Source: a virus (lineage: Duplodnaviria; Caudoviricetes). Taken from it: a stretch of DNA of 31,471 nucleotides. The stretch is from IMG/VR virus record IMGVR_UViG_3300017912_001626, positions 1 to 31,471 of that record; one strand, written 5' to 3'. Below are positions 26,122 through 31,471 of the stretch, piece by piece; the stretch's first letter is position 1; each line of letters begins with the position of its first letter. The position numbers and the translations under genes are program-made. The notes under the pieces were generated by a model. It worked only from the letters and a program-made list of their open reading frames with translations, was not told where the DNA came from and made no database searches.

Positions 26122-26349
26122 ATGTTAGAAGATTTAGTACCACCTTCAAGGAATACTCGCTGCAAGATGGGTCGGATTATTGATTCACTGGATGAGAAAG
26201 ATCAGGACATTCTTGGTAAGGCTTTATTGGCAACTAATGTTTGGTCTGCTAAAGCTTTGGCAAGGGAGCTAACTAACCGTGGATTGGCTATTACGGAAGG
26301 GCCATTGTCTTTGCACCGGTCAAAGTCGTGTGGGTGTTACCGCAGCTAA
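26122..26349 (+). CDS. Hypothetical protein with Cys/His termini
   Basis: AGGGAAGGG SD; HRSKSCGC; TAATG overlap with the next gene. Confidence 0.7.
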   Translation: MLEDLVPPSRNTRCKMGRIIDSLDEKDQDILGKALLATNVWSAKALARELTNRGLAITEGPLSLHRSKSCGCYRS

Positions 26350-27494
26350 TGTTGGATGATTTGCAACCTGCGAAGAAGGTTGAGGCACCGTCAGGGTTTC
26401 GTCCCGCTATCGAGTTCGATGGCAATGAAGGTGTTGCCACTACTGAGGGTTTACCTGATGCCCCTAATTTTGATGAGTTTCTTGCGGAACGTGGTTATTC
26501 CCCGGAGGAGTATGAGGTAGTAGGGACACCGCGTACTTCTCAATGGCAACGCTGGGATGGGGAATGGCTCACGGCCTATCGCTTCCATTTCCGCAAGAAA
26601 GTTTCTGATGTTGATTTGCCGACATTGTTCGCTGAGGCCAGGAAAACTAAACCACCGAAGCAGGTGAAGCGCGGTAAGGATAAAGCATTTGTTGTTGTGC
26701 CGTCGGATTTGCAGGTGGGTAAGACTGGTAGCCGTGGCACGACAAAGGAGTTCTTGGCTCGCGTGTTTGAGTCGTTTGACCGTATTGAGGATGCGATAAA
26801 GCAGGCGAAGCCGGAGAAGATTGTCATTATTGATGCTGGTGACATTATCGAGTCGGTGTCGAATAAGGGTGATCAGATTCAGTTGGAGTCGAATGATTTG
26901 TCACCTATGCAACAGGTTGATATGGCGGCGTCGATTATGTGGGACCTTATCAAGCGTTGCTCGAAGTATGGTCCTGTCGAGTACGGGTCGGTTGCGTCTA
27001 ACCATTGTCAGTGGCGTCACCACGGTCAGGTTGTGGGTAGGCCAGGTAAAGACGATTGGGGTGTTGTGATTCTGCAACAGCTTCGCCGTCTCGCTCACGA
27101 GGTTGGCCTGGATGTCAAGTTCTACATTCCGCAATCAGACGAGGAGGGGTTCGCCATTGATGTGTTCGGTGATGGTTCTCATGTGCTCGGCGCTATACAC
27201 GGACACCAGGTACGCAACCCGAATGGTATCCCGGACTTTTGGAAGAAAGCCTTGTTCGGTTCACAGTATCTTGCTGCTGTAACGACTCTCGTGACAGGGC
27301 ACTTTCATCACACGATTGTTCAAGAGTTGGGTAATTCACCAAGGGGGGGGTCGCGTTGGTGGATTCAAGCCAGCACAATGGATAACGGTTCGGACTGGTT
27401 CCGCCGTATGGCGCAGGAAGACTCGCAGACCGCGATTACTTGCTTTGAACTTGTAAAGGGTGTTTACTATCAGGGAGAGATTAAACGTCTCTAG
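26349..27494 (+). CDS. Calcineurin-like metallophosphoesterase
   Basis: Motifs SDLQVG, AGD, SNH, HGH, GHFH. Confidence 0.85.
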   Translation: MLDDLQPAKKVEAPSGFRPAIEFDGNEGVATTEGLPDAPNFDEFLAERGYSPEEYEVVGTPRTSQWQRWDGEWLTAYRFHFRKKVSDVDLPTLFAEARKTKPPKQVKRGKDKAFVVVPSDLQVGKTGSRGTTKEFLARVFESFDRIEDAIKQAKPEKIVIIDAGDIIESVSNKGDQIQLESNDLSPMQQVDMAASIMWDLIKRCSKYGPVEYGSVASNHCQWRHHGQVVGRPGKDDWGVVILQQLRRLAHEVGLDVKFYIPQSDEEGFAIDVFGDGSHVLGAIHGHQVRNPNGIPDFWKKALFGSQYLAAVTTLVTGHFHHTIVQELGNSPRGGSRWWIQASTMDNGSDWFRRMAQEDSQTAITCFELVKGVYYQGEIKRL

Positions 27495-27504
27495 TTAGGG
27501 GAAA

Positions 27505-27696
27505 ATGATGACACGGGAACAAGAACTACTACAGATAGCGAACAACTATTCGGAGAAGCTGAGTGGTGTGAAAACTCATCCACCGTTTGATAAGCGTTAC
27601 AGCAAATCATCGAAGGATCGTATAGCAATTTCTATGCGGCATTACTATCGTGAGGTTTCGGCGATTTTCTCGTCGGAAGGGGAAAACAAACAATAA
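27505..27696 (+). CDS. Hypothetical protein
   Basis: AGGGG SD; 63 aa. Confidence 0.5.
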   Translation: MMTREQELLQIANNYSEKLSGVKTHPPFDKRYSKSSKDRIAISMRHYYREVSAIFSSEGENKQ

Positions 27697-27747
27697 TCTC
27701 TCAACAAGGTTATTTTCCCTTGACATATAACTGAATATGCTCAACAT

Positions 27748-27796
27748 AAAAAAAGGGGGGGGTCTCGCCCACACGAGGTCCCTCTCTTTTTGTTTT
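27748..27796 (+). terminator. Long G-U-rich hairpin with U tail (terminator or small RNA)
   Basis: AAAAAGGGGGGGGTCTCG-CCCACA-CGAGGTCCCTCTCTTTTT; pairs fully only on the + strand, using four G-U pairs. Confidence 0.6.
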
Positions 27797-27876
27797 GGGA
27801 GCGTTCTGGTTTCGACTATGTGAAGACCACTTGTGGAGCAGATAGGAGCAGGGTTCGATTCCCTGCGCCTCCACCA
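27797..27876 (+). ncRNA. Mini-tmRNA-like RNA (tRNA-like domain only, 80 nt)
   Basis: 5' GGGAGCG-TTCTGGTTTCGA-C; short P2 stem; GAG linker; T-arm CAGGG-TTCGATT-CCCTG; CGCCTCC-A-CCA with G3-U70. Confidence 0.75.
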
Positions 27877-27877
27877 T

Positions 27878-27944
27878 TCGGTGAAAGTCGGTTAACTCGG
27901 TTCAAAAAAGTTCCTAGGGAAAACAAAATTTCGCAAGTCTTTGA
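27878..27944. repeat. Intergenic repeat, copy 1
   Basis: TTAACTCGGTT (27892)-N23-AAATTTCG (27926), then AGTCTTTGA. Confidence 0.85.
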
Positions 27945-27966
27945 CCCGGCTGTGTAAACTCAGGGT

Positions 27967-28287
27967 ATGTCGAAGTTCCGCCAACCTTGCCTGGATTGTG
28001 GGCGTGTGACCCGTAATGGTTCTCGCTGCCCTGAGCATCAGCAGGCTCGTGATCGGTACACGGATTTGGCGAAGGCTGCCCGTAAGAAGGCCACGGGGCA
28101 ATACTCTGGGGATTACCGGAAACGGGCTAGGGCTGTGCGTGAGGCTGCGACTGTGTGTTGGTTGTGTGGTGGTGGGGCTGTGCCTGGTGATCCGTGGCAG
28201 GCTGACCATGTTGTGCCGGGTAATCCTGATTCGCCGTTGGCTCCAGCGCATAGGTCGTGTAACGCGGCTCGGGGCAACAAGGTTTAG
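27967..28287 (+). CDS. HNH endonuclease (packaging-associated, HK97 gp74-like)
   Basis: PCLDCG...RCPEH, CWLCG, ADHVVP, AHRSCNAARG; leaderless promoter TAAACT at 27955. Confidence 0.88.
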   Translation: MSKFRQPCLDCGRVTRNGSRCPEHQQARDRYTDLAKAARKKATGQYSGDYRKRARAVREAATVCWLCGGGAVPGDPWQADHVVPGNPDSPLAPAHRSCNAARGNKV

Positions 28288-28358
28288 TCGGTTTCCGATT
28301 CGGTCTTAACTCGGTTCAAATCGTTTCCCCTGGGGCGCAAAATTTCGTCAGTCTTTGA
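28288..28358. repeat. Intergenic repeat, copy 2
   Basis: TTAACTCGGTT (28306)-N23-AAATTTCG (28340), then AGTCTTTGA. Confidence 0.85.
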
Positions 28359-28364
28359 GGCCAG

Positions 28365-28380
28365 TCGAACATTTGTTCGA
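28365..28380. promoter_or_regulatory. LexA SOS box (actinobacterial consensus)
   Basis: TCGAAC-ATTT-GTTCGA matches TCGAAC-N4-GTTCGA exactly. Confidence 0.7.
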
Positions 28381-28426
28381 TAGGTGGGCGTTTGATAACG
28401 GTTTGGTAAACAAGGCCCGCCGATCC

Positions 28427-28455
28427 TTGACACGCTGCCGAGAGGCGCTTACCGT
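28427..28455 (+). promoter_or_regulatory. SigA-type promoter of the accessory operon
   Basis: TTGACA-N17-TACCGT. Confidence 0.7.
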
Positions 28456-28496
28456 GTCTGTTATCCGCGCCTGACGCGGGAAACAAAGGAAATCAA

Positions 28497-28907
28497 ATGA
28501 CAGTAGAAAAAACACTAGGGAAGGCCGATCTGAGCGCACGCTCGGACGCTCAACTAGCGCACCGTTTCGATCAACAGTTGGACGCTATTTGGCGGCTAGG
28601 TGATCGTGATGAGTGCTCTATCAAACACATTGGGCACGGTATGGCCGCCCTAATTTCTACGGGTGACTGGCGAAACGCCAAAGATTACGAAACCCCGTGG
28701 GGTTATTACCCGTACGGGCAAACCGTGGAACTCGAAAGAAAATATGAGCGCTTAGACGAAAAATGGGGCAAGGTGATTGACACTATTGTTCGCATTGACA
28801 ATCTAGGGCGCGTGGAAGATTCGATCATTCCGGAAACCAAATTCGCTTTTTACATTGAGGCTTACTTGGAAACTTATTGGTATGGCCTTGAGGCGGTGAG
28901 TGAGTAA
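28497..28907 (+). CDS. Hypothetical protein (accessory operon)
   Basis: AAAGGA SD; first gene after the promoter. Confidence 0.75.
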   Translation: MTVEKTLGKADLSARSDAQLAHRFDQQLDAIWRLGDRDECSIKHIGHGMAALISTGDWRNAKDYETPWGYYPYGQTVELERKYERLDEKWGKVIDTIVRIDNLGRVEDSIIPETKFAFYIEAYLETYWYGLEAVSE

Positions 28908-29473
28908 TGGGCACGCGCGGCATTATCGCCGTTATCCACGACGGCAAATACAAGGTGACCAAGTACGGTCAATACGATCACTACCCTGAGGGGCAGGGCT
29001 TGGACATTCTTCACTGGCTGAAGCACCCGCATAGACAACATGAATCTTTTGTCTCACGGTTTGCTCAAAGACTTGAAAATGTTATTCCGGCAACGGAAAA
29101 AGATATTCAAGACGCGGTAGGTGAAGTGACCGGCGACCCGTACCAAAATGGTTTCAGTCTCGAACAAAGTAATCGCTACAAGGCGCTCTACCCAAATTTC
29201 TCGATAGGTACTGGGGCGAAAATCCTTGACGTTATTTGGGACGCGCCGCCTTACGACCCGTTACCAATAGATATGTATGAGATGAGCCATGTCGAAAGGT
29301 GGGAAATTGAGGGTATTTACACGCTTGATTTGGACGCCCGCTTGTTTATCTCTGACTGGCACGAGAAGGTCATGGCGTGGTCTTTTGATGAGCTGCCCGA
29401 TTATGCGACCTATCTTGCCCACTGGGAGGAAAACGAGGACGCGGAAACGCTTATCGAGGCGGTGAGTGCGTGA
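28907..29473 (+). CDS. Hypothetical protein (MGTRG...YGQYDHYPEGQG type)
   Basis: TAATG overlap; coding-like composition. Confidence 0.8.
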   Translation: MGTRGIIAVIHDGKYKVTKYGQYDHYPEGQGLDILHWLKHPHRQHESFVSRFAQRLENVIPATEKDIQDAVGEVTGDPYQNGFSLEQSNRYKALYPNFSIGTGAKILDVIWDAPPYDPLPIDMYEMSHVERWEIEGIYTLDLDARLFISDWHEKVMAWSFDELPDYATYLAHWEENEDAETLIEAVSA

Positions 29474-29796
29474 TGAGATACACCACGAAAACTAACCCCG
29501 TATTGCGGGAAGTTATTTACGGCGGAGGCTGGGATAAGGGTGACCCGTGGGGTTCTGCAATGTCAAGCGCTTTCGCTGTTGCCGATCACTTGCAGTTTGG
29601 CTTTGGCTGGACGCCGTCAGACTGGGAGTTCACGCCCGCAATGGGTGGCCCCGATGACGATGTCTTTGAATATAGGGCAATAGGTGAAGCCTTGGAAGGG
29701 CTTTCGTATCAGGAAACAAGCAACGTGCTTGTTCACGCGGGCAATGTGCTGCTGAAGTATCGCGGCCTGCTGAAGTCAATGGGGAGGGATTACTAA
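29470..29796 (+). CDS. Hypothetical protein
   Basis: GTGATG overlap. Confidence 0.7.
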   Translation: MMRYTTKTNPVLREVIYGGGWDKGDPWGSAMSSAFAVADHLQFGFGWTPSDWEFTPAMGGPDDDVFEYRAIGEALEGLSYQETSNVLVHAGNVLLKYRGLLKSMGRDY

Positions 29797-29897
29797 TGAG
29801 CGCCGTATTCACGCAACAGTTACTCGCTGCTATCCACGATAGGCGTGTGGAGGACATTATCGCTGGAAGGTTGTCTGATGACGAGTTGGACGATTGA
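29796..29897 (+). CDS. Hypothetical microprotein, 33 aa (MSAVFTQQLLAAIHDRRVEDIIAGRLSDDELDD)
   Basis: GGAGG SD; TAATG overlap; absent from the ORF track. Confidence 0.55.
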   Translation: MSAVFTQQLLAAIHDRRVEDIIAGRLSDDELDD

Positions 29898-30069
29898 CTA
29901 CACCTACGCCTGTTGGAAGTGCCCTGACCGGCACGCCCATAACGCCACGATTGAAGCACCTGACCCTGACCTAGCGGTGGCTATGTGGAGGGCTGATCTT
30001 ATGGGTGACTTTGGTGGCGCTCACGATTATGACCTGTTAGTGACAGACATTAGAAAGGAAATGAAATGA
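29878..30069 (+). CDS. Hypothetical protein (CxxC)
   Basis: GGAAGG SD before MTSW; ATGA overlap with the next gene. Confidence 0.6.
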   Translation: MTSWTIDYTYACWKCPDRHAHNATIEAPDPDLAVAMWRADLMGDFGGAHDYDLLVTDIRKEMK

Positions 30070-30230
30070 AAACATACAGAGTGAACTATGACGGTTGGCT
30101 GGAAGTGGAAGCTAACGATCAAGAACACGCTTTCTTGTTGGCCTATAAAACTCTGAACGCCCCAGAGGCGCTGCCGTGTGATGGCGCTATCGGGGAATGG
30201 TATGTGAACGAACCGGAGGAAACGAAATGA
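30066..30230 (+). CDS. Hypothetical protein, 54 aa (MKTYRVNYDGWLEVEANDQEHA...)
   Basis: AGAAAGGA SD; ATGA overlaps at both ends; absent from the ORF track. Confidence 0.7.
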   Translation: MKTYRVNYDGWLEVEANDQEHAFLLAYKTLNAPEALPCDGAIGEWYVNEPEETK

Positions 30231-30589
30231 AATACCCAATTATTGATTGCCCGCGACACGAAGGCGCTTACGACTGTAATTCGTTTTGTGATGTTTGCGA
30301 GGGTGAGCAACAGTATGAGTGGACACCGTTTCGTCTTTGTACAGATTGCGGCACCGCGATTGATCACGATATTTGGTTTGAGGAATTAGGTATGTGTGTT
30401 GATTGCTCGAACCAATACTTTGGGCATTATGGGAAGTATGACCCGGTTTGGGGTCGTATGGGTAGGCCCGATAACCCGCTGGAGGCGTGTGAGTGTGGGC
30501 AAGATGACCCGCTGCCTGTGGCGCACGAAGATGGTTGCCCTATTTGGGAGGCCGCTAAGAATGAACAAATGGAAAGGGAAATGAAATGA
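30227..30589 (+). CDS. Cys-rich (Zn-binding) hypothetical protein
   Basis: GGAGG SD before MKYP; multiple CxxC motifs. Confidence 0.7.
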   Translation: MKYPIIDCPRHEGAYDCNSFCDVCEGEQQYEWTPFRLCTDCGTAIDHDIWFEELGMCVDCSNQYFGHYGKYDPVWGRMGRPDNPLEACECGQDDPLPVAHEDGCPIWEAAKNEQMEREMK

Positions 30590-30876
30590 GATGGAATAAC
30601 GAAACAAAAGAAGCGATTACGCTCACTAATATCCATGGTGAACCGTATCAAGTGGAATACCCGATAGCGATTATCGAGGGCAACGATTACGACTATCTTT
30701 ACGACCTACTTTGCCGGGTGTCAGACGGTGAGGAAGTTGGCACAGACGCCGACTTGGACTGGATAGGCGGCATGATGAAATACGGCCTGCTTACCTGTTG
30801 TGAAGGCCGTCATGTTGTTGGTCGCCTTAAAATGTTGGGTTATGAAAAAAAGGGGGGGGTATATGTTCAAGCCTGA
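30586..30876 (+). CDS. Hypothetical protein
   Basis: AAAGGGA SD; ATGA overlap. Confidence 0.65.
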   Translation: MRWNNETKEAITLTNIHGEPYQVEYPIAIIEGNDYDYLYDLLCRVSDGEEVGTDADLDWIGGMMKYGLLTCCEGRHVVGRLKMLGYEKKGGVYVQA

Positions 30877-31060
30877 GATTTTCAAGCAACCCGAATGGGA
30901 CACCGTAGAAACTACGGGTGATGAGGAATGGCGGGTGACTCTACGAAACTTTGGCAAAGGTTTGGTGTGGGTTTCGATTGTCACCGCCGGTTTGGTAGCC
31001 GCGTGTTTCTACTTTGTGTGGATCATTATCGCTGCCGCTTTCAAGGTAGGTGATTCCTAA
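30863..31060 (+). CDS. Small membrane protein
   Basis: G-rich SD before MFKP; C-terminal hydrophobic stretch. Confidence 0.6.
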   Translation: MFKPEIFKQPEWDTVETTGDEEWRVTLRNFGKGLVWVSIVTAGLVAACFYFVWIIIAAAFKVGDS

Positions 31061-31386
31061 TGGGTATGGTGATGGATTTCGTGAAGTCGCTACTGGAGGA
31101 AACACCTGTTTACACCGCTGAGGAACGCCGTATGGCTGACTGGGCGAACGCCGTGACAAGCGACAACTGGGTGCTACTACACAAATACCGTATGGACGAG
31201 AACCTTGACGCGGCGGGTTTCTATATGCGGGTCGCTGAAGCGTATGCTCACGCTTACGCGGCGGGCCGGGAACCGACCCGCAACGCTGACTGGAGTGCTT
31301 TCAAGAAAACTCTGGAAAACCTACACCACCCGCAACTTGCGGAGGCTACAAAGTATCGGCACGACAATAGGACAGGCAGGGTGTGA
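31060..31386 (+). CDS. Hypothetical protein
   Basis: TAATG overlap; AGGT SD. Confidence 0.65.
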   Translation: MGMVMDFVKSLLEETPVYTAEERRMADWANAVTSDNWVLLHKYRMDENLDAAGFYMRVAEAYAHAYAAGREPTRNADWSAFKKTLENLHHPQLAEATKYRHDNRTGRV

Positions 31387-31396
31387 TCAGTCAAAA

Positions 31397-31471
31397 TCGG
31401 TCTTAACTCGGTTAAGAATAATCTCTAGGGAAACAGAAATTTCGCGAGTTTTGGCTTCGAACACCTGTTTG
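31397..31471. repeat. Intergenic repeat, copy 3, with a truncated SOS-box-like site
   Basis: TTAACTCGGTT (31403)-N23-AAATTTCG (31437); TCGAAC-ACCT-GTTTG at 31457-31471. Confidence 0.8.

Noticed and set aside
27797-27876. Ordinary tRNA, permuted two-piece tmRNA, or attP fragment
   Set aside because: No D-stem or 7-nt anticodon loop; the ends are in standard, unpermuted order; both ends are present and no integrase is visible.
27878-31471. Intergenic repeats as a CRISPR array
   Set aside because: Copies are 0.4 and 3.1 kb apart with whole genes between them, and there are no cas genes.
31457-31471. Circular junction with base 1 completing an SOS box (GTTTG+A)
   Set aside because: No terminal overlap or other evidence that the window ends are joined, so it cannot be supported.

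Overview
A near-complete genome of a small HK97-type siphovirus. The inferred host is actinobacterial, based on a WhiB gene, leaderless TANNNT promoters and LexA/PafBC-type motifs. Gene order on the + strand: terS, terL, portal, multidomain prohead protease, major capsid, three glycosyltransferase-like genes, head-tail and tail genes (with a -1 frameshift in the tail chaperone), tape measure, minor tail genes and lysis genes. Next come an HTH gene and whiB on the - strand, then recombination and replication genes (YqaJ exonuclease, annealing protein, replication initiator with iterons, SSB, RusA, phosphoesterase), an HNH gene and a repeat-bounded accessory operon. No integrase or classical repressor is visible. 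The most notable signals are non-coding: (1) an 80-nt RNA that looks like the tRNA-like domain of tmRNA with no mRNA/tag domain (27797-27876); (2) a ~60-nt candidate sRNA after the lysis genes that is complementary to the RBS and start codon of accessory genes; (3) three fixed-spacing repeats, two followed by LexA SOS boxes, plus a PafBC-type promoter. All calls come from reading the sequence by eye; no database searches or folding programs were run.
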